A DNA stretch of 64,000 bases, from positions 498,565 to 562,564 of the forward strand of contig OZ244166.1 of NCBI GenBank assembly GCA_965216445.1. The letters run 5' to 3'. This document shows positions 20,637 to 29,591 of this stretch, piece by piece. The position numbers and the translations under genes were made by a program. How positions within the stretch are numbered: position 1 is the first letter of the stretch; the number at the start of each line of letters is the position of its first letter. Origin of the DNA: Acidimicrobiia bacterium (GTDB taxonomy: Bacteria > Actinomycetota > Acidimicrobiia > Spongiisociales > ZC4RG35). The notes under the pieces are model-generated. The model was not told the origin of the DNA. It was given only the letters and a program-made list of their open reading frames with translations, and did no database searches.

Positions 20637-21761
20637 ATGACCGACAACCTGGCAGCCAACCAATGGAGCCGCCAGCTACTACAACGCGATCGCCCACTTC
20701 GCGTGGTCGAGGTCGTTGAGCTCGCCGGCGGGATCTACAGCACCGCACCGACCAGTTATCTGTCATTTGCAGCGAGAATCCCCGGTTTCGAACGCTCCCA
20801 ACTGGACAAAGCGTTGATGGAAGATCGGTCCCTCGCGAGGCTCGCCACACTGCGCGGGTCAGGCTTTCTGATACCGATCGACAAGGTCGATGTCGTGTTG
20901 GCAGCTGAGGATCGAGTCTCCTGGTATCAACGGCATGCAGACAAGATTGCCGGCCCGAAGAAGACAGAATTGTGGCGAGAACGAATCATGGATCTGCTCG
21001 GAGAAGGCCCGCTTCCGGCGAGGACGATCCGTCGGGAATTGGACGTCACAGGCAGGGAAGCCGAAGCGCTGCGCTACGTACTCTCTGCGATGACCCAAAG
21101 CAGGGACCTCGCGGCAGCCACACAACCCGGGGGATGGCGGAGCAACCAGTACTCGTACGCCTTGTGGTCGCAGTGGTTCCCAGATCATCCGCCGGCATCT
21201 GTCGACCCCGAGGCAGCTCGAGCCGAGGTGGCCAGGTGGTATCTCCATGGCCATGGACCAGGATCGGTCGACCACTTCGCTTGGTGGTCTGGACTGAAGA
21301 AATCCAACGCCCGGTTGGCGTTGGATTCGGTCGGTGTAGTCGGTGAAGCAGGTCAGTACGACCTCCCGACACGTCCGGGGACGGCCGAGCCCTCGGGCCT
21401 TCGACTACTCCCGATCTGGGACACCGCATTGGTCTCGCCAAAGGGACGACGTCGCATGGTCGAGTCGGGCCACGAGAGGTTCGTGTACGACTCGTCCGGA
21501 AATGTCACCTCCACAATTGTGCTTGATGGAGCAGTCGTCGGCGTTTGGGACCGGGGTGGCGACGATGAGTTGCTGGTGGTCAAGGCGGCGGGTTTCGAAC
21601 CTTTGGAAGCCTCATTTCGAGCTGACATTGAGGAGGAGGTGGAGATCCTTGCCAGGTCCGTCGGCGCAAGGGACTGGGAAGTGCAATTCGTCGAAAGGCC
21701 AATCGACCTCACCACAGCGTCTCGGAATCGGTTCATGTCCCCGTTGTCGGAGCCGAGCTAG
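20637..21761 (+). CDS. HTH_42 / AlkZ-YcaQ-like DNA glycosylase family protein
   Basis: YLSFAAR, YLHGHGPGSVDHFAWWSGL, LRLLPIWD, IVLDGAVVGVW. Confidence 0.8.
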   Translation: MTDNLAANQWSRQLLQRDRPLRVVEVVELAGGIYSTAPTSYLSFAARIPGFERSQLDKALMEDRSLARLATLRGSGFLIPIDKVDVVLAAEDRVSWYQRHADKIAGPKKTELWRERIMDLLGEGPLPARTIRRELDVTGREAEALRYVLSAMTQSRDLAAATQPGGWRSNQYSYALWSQWFPDHPPASVDPEAARAEVARWYLHGHGPGSVDHFAWWSGLKKSNARLALDSVGVVGEAGQYDLPTRPGTAEPSGLRLLPIWDTALVSPKGRRRMVESGHERFVYDSSGNVTSTIVLDGAVVGVWDRGGDDELLVVKAAGFEPLEASFRADIEEEVEILARSVGARDWEVQFVERPIDLTTASRNRFMSPLSEPS

Positions 21762-21800
21762 CTGCCCGAAGTTCCGCTGGTGACGTAATCTGGTCTGCTG

Positions 21801-22913
21801 ATGCTTCAGATCGGGAATCTCCAAGTCGACCCTCCGGTGGTTCTGGCACCCATGGCTGGTGTCACCAACGCGCCGTTTCGCCGTCTCTGTCGCGAATACG
21901 GTGCTGGTCTCTATGTATCGGAGATGATCGGGGCTCGAGGTCTGGTGGAGGGCAACGAGAAGACACTGGCGCTGGCTCGTTTCGCTCCGGATGAATCGCC
22001 ACGGTCCATACAGCTCTACGGAACCGACCCGGGTGCATTAGGCGAGGCAGTTTCGTTCCTCGTCTCAGAGATTGGCGTCGATCACATCGACATGAATTTC
22101 GGCTGTCCGATGGGCAAGGTCACGAGGCACGGCGGAGGTGCTGCCCTTCCATGGAAAAGAAGCCTGTTCAGACAGATAGTTCGCTCTGCAGTGGAGAATG
22201 CCGGATCCACCCCGGTGACAGTGAAGTTTCGGAAAGGCATCGATGACGATCACCTCACATTCATCGAGGCCGGTCTCGCCGCTGAGGATGAGGGAGCGGC
22301 GGCAATTGCGCTCCACGCACGTACGGCTCGTCAGCTCTACTCGGGCAAGGCAGATTGGTCAGCGATTCGCACTCTCAAGGAATCCATCCAGTCGGTTCCC
22401 GTTCTGGGGAATGGTGATATCTGGACGGCACAAGATGCTCGGCGAATGATGGATGAGACAGGGTGCGACGGAGTCGTGATCGGGCGGGGCTGTCTGGGTC
22501 GACCCTGGCTTTTCCGCGACCTGTCGAACATGTTCGCTGGTGAAGAGTCCGTTGCGCCCCCGAACCTGGGTGAGGTCGGAGAAGTCATGGTCCACCACGC
22601 GGCGCTGCTCGTTGAGCACTTTGGTGAGCACATGGGGATCAGGCTCTTTAGAAAACACCCGTCTTGGTATCTGAAGGGCTTTCCAGCAGGTCCGCGGTTG
22701 CGCGATCGATTCGCAAAAGTCAACTCGGTCGACGAAGTCCGCGAGTTGGTCGATCAACTCGACCCAACAATCCCATTCCCTGAGGAGGCCAACCACATGG
22801 TTCGCGGCCATTCCCACGGTCCTCGTCCGGTCCGTCTACCCCACAACTTCCTTGCTACCCAAGACACGGAGTCGCTCTCGCGGGACGCTGACCAGGTAGT
22901 AAGCGGCGGCTAG
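21801..22913 (+). CDS. dusB: tRNA-dihydrouridine synthase B
   Basis: LAPMAGVT, IDMNFGCP, VTVKFRKG, GNGDI, GRGCLGRPW. Confidence 0.93.
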   Translation: MLQIGNLQVDPPVVLAPMAGVTNAPFRRLCREYGAGLYVSEMIGARGLVEGNEKTLALARFAPDESPRSIQLYGTDPGALGEAVSFLVSEIGVDHIDMNFGCPMGKVTRHGGGAALPWKRSLFRQIVRSAVENAGSTPVTVKFRKGIDDDHLTFIEAGLAAEDEGAAAIALHARTARQLYSGKADWSAIRTLKESIQSVPVLGNGDIWTAQDARRMMDETGCDGVVIGRGCLGRPWLFRDLSNMFAGEESVAPPNLGEVGEVMVHHAALLVEHFGEHMGIRLFRKHPSWYLKGFPAGPRLRDRFAKVNSVDEVRELVDQLDPTIPFPEEANHMVRGHSHGPRPVRLPHNFLATQDTESLSRDADQVVSGG

Positions 22914-22918
22914 TTCTC

Positions 22919-23037
22919 TTTCCTTAGGATTAGCGGGCCATATATGGCCGGATTCCTGAATAGAACAAAGATGCCCGTGAGTGCCACGGAACCGATACGC
23001 GAAAGCGGCCAGATATGGCCGCATATACCTAAGGAAC
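22919..23037. repeat. Inverted pair of 48-bp dyad repeats (copies 2 and 3) between convergent dusB and hutG
   Basis: Copy 2 is 22919-22966 on plus: TTTCC-TTAGGATTAGC-GGGCCATATATGGCCG-GATTCCTGAAT-AGAAC. Copy 3 is 22990-23037 on minus: GTTCC-TTAGGTATATG-CGGCCATATCTGGCCG-..., with a degenerate distal end; it contains the hutG stop. Confidence 0.85.
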
Positions 23038-23946
23038 GGAAGTTCGGTTCCGCTCAGTGAAGCCGGCCGCGGCGGAGAGAATCAGGTGAGTCATGGTGTC
23101 AAGCGTCAAACCGTTGATGTCAGCCTCAGCATCGACCTCGACGAAGTCCATCGCTGAAACAAGCGGGTGGTTTGCGCACATGCGAACGCCCATGGCGAGG
23201 TCTCGAACCGTCAGCCCACCCGGTCGCGCCCCCGGACACGCCGGCGCGTAAGAGGCGTCAAGCACGTCGATGTCCACATCGACGTAAATCACATCAACCC
23301 TTCCAGCCAAGTGGCTTAGCCCAGCGGCAACTGCGGCCACCATCCCGTCTTTCTCCAGGTCCTCGACAGTCACGACCGTTATCCCGGCGTCGTCGCACCA
23401 GCTCCGATAGGCAGCCGAATTGGCGAAGGAGTGAATTCCGATTTGGACGACGTTCGATCCGGGAAGTTCGTCCTCCTCGATCAGACCGCGGATCGGTGTT
23501 CCATTGGCCGGTCCGAGGTCGAGGGTCCGGACATCGTGGTGGGCATCGAACGTAAGGACGCCCACCCGAGTGATGTCCTCGTGACATGCTCTCACCAGCG
23601 GTCGGGTGATCGCGTTGTCTCCTCCGAGAAACAGCGAAAGTGGAGTCTGCGGGAGCGATCTCGCCTGGCGTTCTACTTCGATAGGCATCTCATGCATGTC
23701 GAGGTCGCTCACGACCCAGTTGCCCTCGTCAAAAACTTTGACGTCAGCGAAGTCAACCCCCCATTCACCGTGGAACGTCGAGAAACGACCAAATCGGTCC
23801 CTCACTCGCAGCGGCGTCAGGTCCGCGCGACTCGGAGACAGGGAAGCGCTGGACGACGGGACCCCCACAACCCTTATGTCTGGTTCGGCAGCCTCCTGGG
23901 CCAGCCACACGTCGGCTCTTGGCCAGAACGGGTCGTTGATCGGCAT
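23029..23946 (-). CDS. hutG: Formimidoylglutamase (arginase/ureohydrolase family)
   Basis: GGDNAIT, DAHHD, NGTP, DVDIDVLD; translationally coupled to hutU. Confidence 0.8.
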   Translation of the reverse strand: MPINDPFWPRADVWLAQEAAEPDIRVVGVPSSSASLSPSRADLTPLRVRDRFGRFSTFHGEWGVDFADVKVFDEGNWVVSDLDMHEMPIEVERQARSLPQTPLSLFLGGDNAITRPLVRACHEDITRVGVLTFDAHHDVRTLDLGPANGTPIRGLIEEDELPGSNVVQIGIHSFANSAAYRSWCDDAGITVVTVEDLEKDGMVAAVAAGLSHLAGRVDVIYVDVDIDVLDASYAPACPGARPGGLTVRDLAMGVRMCANHPLVSAMDFVEVDAEADINGLTLDTMTHLILSAAAGFTERNRTSVP

Positions 23947-25607
23947 CAGATGTCCAACATCGGGATGTCGACCCCACGTTCCTTGGCGACAGTCCGCGCG
24001 ATTTCATACCCGGCGTCGGCATGGCGCATGACGCCTGTGCCGGGGTCGTTCGTGAGAACCCGTTCGACCCTCAGGGCGCCCTGGTCAGTTCCGTCGGCGA
24101 CCACCTGGGCTCCCGAATGTATCGAGTTTCCTATTCCAACGCCTCCACCGTGGTGGACGGCCACCCAGGCTGCGCCCGAGGACACGTTGACCATCGCGTT
24201 GAGGATCGGCCAGTCGGCGACAGCGTCCGACCCGTCCATCATTGCTTCGGTCTCCCTGTACGGCGATGCAACAGACCCCGAGTCGAGATGATCTCGCCCG
24301 ATCACGATCGGAGCACTTACATCTCCGGACGCAACGAGTTCGTTGAACTTCAGCCCCGCCAGGTGACGTTCGCCATAGGAGAGCCAACAGATTCGGGCAG
24401 GCAATCCCTGGTAGTGCACCTTCTCCCCGGCCATCCGGATCCACCGGTGCAGCGGTTCGTTGTCGGGGAACAGTTCGAGCAGGGCGCGATCCGTAGCTGC
24501 GATATCGGCCGGGTCACCACTGAGGGCTACCCATCGGAACGGGCCGGAGCCCTCGGAGAAGAGGTCGCGTATATAAGCCGGGACAAAGCCGGGATATGAG
24601 AATGCGTCTGTGAACCCTGCAGTCTGTGCCTCTCCGCGAAGGTTGTTGCCGTAGTCAAAGACCTCGGCGCCAGCTCCTTGGAATCCCACCATGGCTTCGC
24701 ATTGCGTCGCCATCGATTCACGTGACGCCTTGATGTACGTGTCAGGGTCGTCGTCTCGAAGAGACAACGCCTCGTCGAGGCTGTAGCTACTTGGGATATA
24801 CCCGTAGAGCGGATCATGGGCCGATGTCTGATCGGTGACGATGTCGACATCGAGCCCCATCTTCAGTAACTCGGGAAAGACATCAGCGGCGTTGCCGAGG
24901 AGGCCAATCGAAACTGCCTCTCGGTTTGCTTTTGCTTCCAGGGCCCGCTTGACCGCCTCCCTGGTGTCGGTGTAGCTCTCATCGAGGTACCCCGTCTCGA
25001 GCCTTCTTTCGATTCGGTGTGGGTCGACATCCACGCACAAGGCAACGCCGCCGTTCATGGTTATGGCGAGTGGCTGTGCGCCACCCATTCCTCCCAGCCC
25101 GCCGGTGAGGGTGAGAGTCCCGGCCAGGGTCCCGCCGAACTTCTGGTCGGCGATCGCCACGAATGTCTGATATGTACCTTGGAGGATCCCCTGGGTGCCG
25201 ATGTAGATCCACGATCCGGCCGTCATTTGGCCGTACATCATCAAACCCTTCGTTTCCAGCTCCCAGAACTTGTCGAGCGTGGCCCACTTCGGAACGAGCA
25301 ACGAGTTGGCAATGAGGACCCTTGGCGCCATGTCGTGGGTCCGAAACACACCGACCGGTTTGCCGGATTGGACGAGCAAGGTCTCGTCGTTCTCGAGCCG
25401 TTGCAGCGTGGCGACAATCGCGTGGAGCGATTCGAGATTCCGCGCAGCCTTACCCCTACCGCCGTAGACGATGAGATTCTCGGGGTCTTCGGCAACGTCG
25501 GGGTCGAGGTTGTTGAGGAGACACCGCAGGGCTGCTTCCTGAAGCCACCCTTTGGTGTTGAGGTCGGTCCCGTGGGGTGCGTGCAGGGGGAAAGTGAGAT
25601 CAAGCAT
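23946..25607 (-). CDS. hutU: Urocanate hydratase
   Basis: [49 protein letters not shown]. Confidence 0.97.
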   Translation of the reverse strand: MLDLTFPLHAPHGTDLNTKGWLQEAALRCLLNNLDPDVAEDPENLIVYGGRGKAARNLESLHAIVATLQRLENDETLLVQSGKPVGVFRTHDMAPRVLIANSLLVPKWATLDKFWELETKGLMMYGQMTAGSWIYIGTQGILQGTYQTFVAIADQKFGGTLAGTLTLTGGLGGMGGAQPLAITMNGGVALCVDVDPHRIERRLETGYLDESYTDTREAVKRALEAKANREAVSIGLLGNAADVFPELLKMGLDVDIVTDQTSAHDPLYGYIPSSYSLDEALSLRDDDPDTYIKASRESMATQCEAMVGFQGAGAEVFDYGNNLRGEAQTAGFTDAFSYPGFVPAYIRDLFSEGSGPFRWVALSGDPADIAATDRALLELFPDNEPLHRWIRMAGEKVHYQGLPARICWLSYGERHLAGLKFNELVASGDVSAPIVIGRDHLDSGSVASPYRETEAMMDGSDAVADWPILNAMVNVSSGAAWVAVHHGGGVGIGNSIHSGAQVVADGTDQGALRVERVLTNDPGTGVMRHADAGYEIARTVAKERGVDIPMLDI

Positions 25608-25636
25608 CGATGAGGAGCCTAGATACATCCGAATCT

Positions 25637-25684
25637 GTTCTAAACGGAAATCCCGCCACTATTGGCGGTGTATTCCTTGGGAAC
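25637..25684 (-). repeat. 48-bp dyad repeat, copy 4 (variant core)
   Basis: Minus strand GTTCC-CAAGGAATACA-CCGCCAATAGTGGCGG-GATTTCCGTTT-AGAAC. Same geometry, with a compensatory change in the core; 6 bp after the permease stop. Confidence 0.75.
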
Positions 25685-25690
25685 GCGGTT

Positions 25691-26500
25691 TTATTTCCTC
25701 AGGAGGCCGTCGAGTCGTTTGTTGGCGATGAGGCCTCCGACAATGCCCATGGTCAGGAGGAAGGCGACGTGGCCGAGCATCGACCAGTCGAGGACACCGA
25801 GTGCGAACCCTCTGAGCAGTTCGACTCCGTGGTAAAGCGGTGATATCCAGATCAGCTGCTGAAAGGCTTCCGGATACGCCTCGATCGGGAAGAACGTGGC
25901 AGAGAACAGGAACAGCGGCATGGTCACCAGGTTGACCAGGTCGAAGTCCTGCCAGGAGCGCATGTATGTCGTGGCAGCGAGACCGACGGAGCCGAAGGCG
26001 AAACCGATCAGGAATGAGCCTGGGATCGTCAGTATGGCCGTCCATGAGTTGGTCAGCCCCATCGCCACCATCACGACGAGGAACGCGATCGAGTAGAGCA
26101 GCCCTCTCAGCAAGGCCCAACCGATTTCACCAACGGCGATGTCCATGGGCCGCATCGGCGTGGTGAGAATCCCCTCGTAGACATTTCCGAACTTGAGCTT
26201 GAAGAAAATGTTGAATGTGGTTTCGAGGACCGAGCCGTTCATTGCCGAGGCGGCCATCAGCGCCGGTGCGACGAAAGCGGTGTATGAGACCGGGATCCCC
26301 CCGGGCCCCGTGAATTCCGGAACGAGCTGGGCCAACCCAATCCCCAGCGAGAAGAGATAGAAGACAGGTTCGAAGAAACCAGTGAGAATGATCTTCCAGT
26401 ACCGCCGGTACGACAGGTAGTTCCGTTCCCATATCCGCTGGGCCCGGAATGGGCTCATCTTCCCAATTGGGGTCAAACGTGTCGGTGCGGAGACGCTCAC
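25691..26500 (-). CDS. ABC-2 permease (NodJ/DrrB-like)
   Basis: FEPVFYLFSLG, YEGILTTP, PLFLFSATFFP. Confidence 0.88.
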   Translation of the reverse strand: MSVSAPTRLTPIGKMSPFRAQRIWERNYLSYRRYWKIILTGFFEPVFYLFSLGIGLAQLVPEFTGPGGIPVSYTAFVAPALMAASAMNGSVLETTFNIFFKLKFGNVYEGILTTPMRPMDIAVGEIGWALLRGLLYSIAFLVVMVAMGLTNSWTAILTIPGSFLIGFAFGSVGLAATTYMRSWQDFDLVNLVTMPLFLFSATFFPIEAYPEAFQQLIWISPLYHGVELLRGFALGVLDWSMLGHVAFLLTMGIVGGLIANKRLDGLLRK

Positions 26501-27285
26501 TTGCGCAACCTCCGGTCGAGCAACCTCATCGCCAGGAACAGCCCGACAAGCATCATCGTGACGAGATAGGCCACATGGACCCACACCGGGGTGGCCGTCA
26601 CAACTCTGGTGTCCACACCGGGTAGGGCGAACTTCCGCACTAGCTCAACACCGTGAAAGAGCGGAGTGGCGTAGGCGAGGGGTTGGAGAAAACCGGGAAG
26701 TTGGCTGATCGGGAAGAAGGTGCCCGAGAACAGGAAGAGCGGGATGATCCCAAAACGGAAGAGCGTCGACAGGCTGGTGTCGTCCTCACGCGTAACCGTC
26801 CATGCGGTGATCGCCGTAGTGAAGGCTAGGCCCGTCAACACCCCCGGTGGAATCGCCTTTAGGGCTGGACCGAGGTCTATGGCATCGAGCATTGTCGCGA
26901 TGAGAGCAAAAACGAGCAGAACAAACGAGAGACGGACGATCGACCACAGAAACCGGCCCACCACGATGTCGGCCGGGCTTATCGGAGTTGAGATCGCACC
27001 CTCGAAGCTCTTCCGCCATTTGATCCCAGCCATCACTGGGAAGGCCCCGTCGGCAGCTCCGTTTTGCATCGCTGAGGCTGCCATCAATCCGGTGGCGATA
27101 AAGACCAGATAGCTAATCCCGAGGTCGGAGTCACCGGAATCAACGTAAGAACCCAGGCCAAGACCCATCGCGGTCAGGAACAGCAAGGGATTGACGAAGG
27201 AGCTGATCGCGGTGCCTCGCCAGGTCCGTTTGTATCCGAGCAACTCGGATTCGACGACTCTTATCGGGCCTCGCAATGCGGTCAT
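26497..27285 (-). CDS. ABC-2 permease (NodJ/DrrB-like)
   Basis: NPLLFLTAMGLG, PLFLFSGTFFP, PLFHGVEL. Confidence 0.88.
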   Translation of the reverse strand: MTALRGPIRVVESELLGYKRTWRGTAISSFVNPLLFLTAMGLGLGSYVDSGDSDLGISYLVFIATGLMAASAMQNGAADGAFPVMAGIKWRKSFEGAISTPISPADIVVGRFLWSIVRLSFVLLVFALIATMLDAIDLGPALKAIPPGVLTGLAFTTAITAWTVTREDDTSLSTLFRFGIIPLFLFSGTFFPISQLPGFLQPLAYATPLFHGVELVRKFALPGVDTRVVTATPVWVHVAYLVTMMLVGLFLAMRLLDRRLRK

Positions 27286-28211
27286 CAGTCGATCAGTCTC
27301 CGGCCCGTCAGTTTGAGGAACACGTCTTCGAGAGTGGAGCGTCGAACCAGGACTTGCTCGGGGTGAAGGCCGCGACGGTCGACCTCGTGCTGGGTCTCCT
27401 CGGCATCGTCTGTGTAGAGCAAGACACGGTCGGCGAGCACCTCGGAGCGTTGGGCTACTCCGTCAAGTTTCAGGACGTTTTCATCTTGAGTGCCCGCTTC
27501 GAACCGGAGTTCGACGACCTCGCGTGGAGCATGGGTTTCGATGAGGCGGCGTGGCGAGTCCTCGGCCACGATCTTGCCCTGGTCCATGACAACCAGCCGA
27601 TCGCAGAGTTGTTCGGCTTCATCCATGTAGTGGGTGGTGATGATCAGGGTGGCTCCCTGCTGTTTGAGCCGATACAGACGATCCCAAAGCACATGACGAG
27701 CCTGAGGATCGAGCCCGGTGGTCGGTTCATCGAGGATTACCAGGTCTGGATCATTGATCAGTGCCCGAGCAATGGTCAGCCGGCGCTTCATCCCACCGGA
27801 TAGCGACTCCACCTGGTCTTTGCGGCGTTCGGTGAGCTGGGCGAATTCGAGGAGCTCATCGATACGTTCGTTTATCTCTGCGCGACTCATGTCGTGGTAG
27901 CGCCCGTAGATGTAGAGGTTCTCGGCGACCGTCAACTCCAGGTCGAGATTGTCTTCCTGGGGCACGACCCCCAATCGCTGCCGGATGGCGCGGCCTTGCG
28001 TCGTCGGGTCCAACCCAAACACGGTCATCTTCCCTTCGGTGATGGGGCTGACCGTTGTGATCATCTTCATGGTCGATGTCTTGCCCGCTCCGTTGGGGCC
28101 GAGGAATCCGAATGCTTCACCCTTGTGAATGTCGAAGTCGATGGCGTCGACAGCTGTGAAGTCCGCAAACTTCTTGGTGAGGCCGCGTGCCTCTACGAGT
28201 GATTCTGTCAT
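27285..28211 (-). CDS. ABC ATP-binding protein (NodI/DrrA-like)
   Basis: GPNGAGKTS, LSGGMKRR, ILDEPTTGLDP, THYMDEAE. Confidence 0.93.
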   Translation of the reverse strand: MTESLVEARGLTKKFADFTAVDAIDFDIHKGEAFGFLGPNGAGKTSTMKMITTVSPITEGKMTVFGLDPTTQGRAIRQRLGVVPQEDNLDLELTVAENLYIYGRYHDMSRAEINERIDELLEFAQLTERRKDQVESLSGGMKRRLTIARALINDPDLVILDEPTTGLDPQARHVLWDRLYRLKQQGATLIITTHYMDEAEQLCDRLVVMDQGKIVAEDSPRRLIETHAPREVVELRFEAGTQDENVLKLDGVAQRSEVLADRVLLYTDDAEETQHEVDRRGLHPEQVLVRRSTLEDVFLKLTGRRLID

Positions 28212-28278
28212 CGAGTTGGTGAGGTTAACCGGGATGTGTGACGGGAAATCGTCGAATTATCCGCTCGCCGTGCGGGTT

Positions 28279-28767
28279 TCACATCCATCTGACAAGTCGG
28301 TCAGTTTCTTTTCGACCACCGAATCTGGCTGGTGCCGCGTCTGTCGACGGATATCCGAGAGCAACCGCGTAGCGTGCCGTCTGGCCATGTTCCAGATTGA
28401 GGAGATCGGCGATGGCCTCAGGTTTGTGGAGTGTGATTGGACAGCTTGCGACGCCAATTGCCTTGGCTGCGAGCATGATGTTCTGCGCAGCTCGCCCAAT
28501 GTCGAACTCATATCCGTTGGATTCTTGAACGAGAACGATGGCTGCAGTGGCATTGTGTATTGGGTCGGTGAAGCTGCCGCCCCTGGCCAGCTGGTCGAGT
28601 TGTGCCCGATCGGTGAACACCAGGAACGACCAGTTCTGGGTGTTCTTTGAGCTCCCGGTCCATCGTGCCGCCTCGATGATTCGCTCCAGATCCTCCCGAC
28701 TCACCGGTTCGTCGGTGTACTGGCGTATTGCTCTCAGTTTCAGGATGAATTCGTAGGTATCGGTCAT
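28279..28767 (-). CDS. Nitroreductase family protein
   Basis: RAIRQY, EAARWTGSSKNTQNW, DIGRAAQNIMLAA. Confidence 0.88.
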   Translation of the reverse strand: MTDTYEFILKLRAIRQYTDEPVSREDLERIIEAARWTGSSKNTQNWSFLVFTDRAQLDQLARGGSFTDPIHNATAAIVLVQESNGYEFDIGRAAQNIMLAAKAIGVASCPITLHKPEAIADLLNLEHGQTARYAVALGYPSTDAAPARFGGRKETDRLVRWM

Positions 28768-28834
28768 GACGCCAGCCTAAGCCAATTTCGAGGCGACCCG
28801 TCCTGGCCTGGTCCCAAACAGCGCGTCCAGAAAC

Positions 28835-28866
28835 AGAAAAGCCCCGGGCGGGACCGGGGCTCTTCT
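28835..28866 (-). terminator. Intrinsic terminator after the fasciclin gene
   Basis: GCCCCGG/CCGGGGC stem flanked by AGAAAA and TCTTCT. Confidence 0.75.
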
Positions 28867-28882
28867 GCTCTGAGTGGATTTC

Positions 28883-29482
28883 TTAGCTAGCGGGTGGAAG
28901 GAGGACCGCGTCAATCACATGGATTACGCCGTTGCTTGCGAAGATATCCGTTTGGAGGACGTTGGCCTCGTTGACCATGACAGCGTCTCCGTCGATGGTG
29001 ACGAGGACCGTTGCGCCGTTGACTGTCGCCACCTCTTCACCGTCGAGTCCGAGCACCGTCTCAGCCGGTGCCTCGAGCGGAAGAACGTGATAGGTGAGGA
29101 TTGAAGTCAGGGTCTCGGTGTCAGCGAGCAGCTCTTCGGCTGTCAGGTTTAGTGCGGCCAGTGCGGCTTCGAACGCTTCATCAGTGGGTGCGAAGACCGT
29201 AAATGGCCCTTCACCGCTCAGCGTGTCGACCAAACCGGCAGCCTGAACCGCAGCAACGAGGGTGGTGAAGTCTTCTGACGCGGATGCGACATCGACAATT
29301 GTCCCCATCTCGTCCATCTCTTCATCGTCCATGTCCTCGTCTTGCGTGGCTTCGGCCGCAGTGGTGGTGGTCGATTCGAGAGCTTCTGTCGTGGTTGTCT
29401 CGTCAGCTGAATCACTGCCACAAGCGGCGACGACGAGGGCCAGGATGGCCATTAGCGATAGGAGTCGGACTCGGTTTCTCAT
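28883..29482 (-). CDS. Fasciclin-domain lipoprotein (MPT83-like)
   Basis: VAAC lipobox, GPFTVFAPTDEAF, ILTYHV, SNGVIHVIDAVL. Confidence 0.92.
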   Translation of the reverse strand: MRNRVRLLSLMAILALVVAACGSDSADETTTTEALESTTTTAAEATQDEDMDDEEMDEMGTIVDVASASEDFTTLVAAVQAAGLVDTLSGEGPFTVFAPTDEAFEAALAALNLTAEELLADTETLTSILTYHVLPLEAPAETVLGLDGEEVATVNGATVLVTIDGDAVMVNEANVLQTDIFASNGVIHVIDAVLLPPAS

Positions 29483-29524
29483 TGGTTTCCTTTCGGAGTT
29501 GGTTGTTTGGGTTGTTGGTGCTTA

Positions 29525-29551
29525 TTCGGACCAGACATCGAGATCGGATGG
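29525..29551 (-). promoter_or_regulatory. SigK-type ECF promoter of the fasciclin gene
   Basis: Minus strand CCATCC-N16-CCGAA, 42 nt upstream of the ATG; resembles the mycobacterial SigK promoter of mpt70/mpt83. Confidence 0.6.
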
Positions 29552-29591
29552 AGTTGATCCGGTTAGCGGTGGAGTCGGTATCGTCCAGCAG

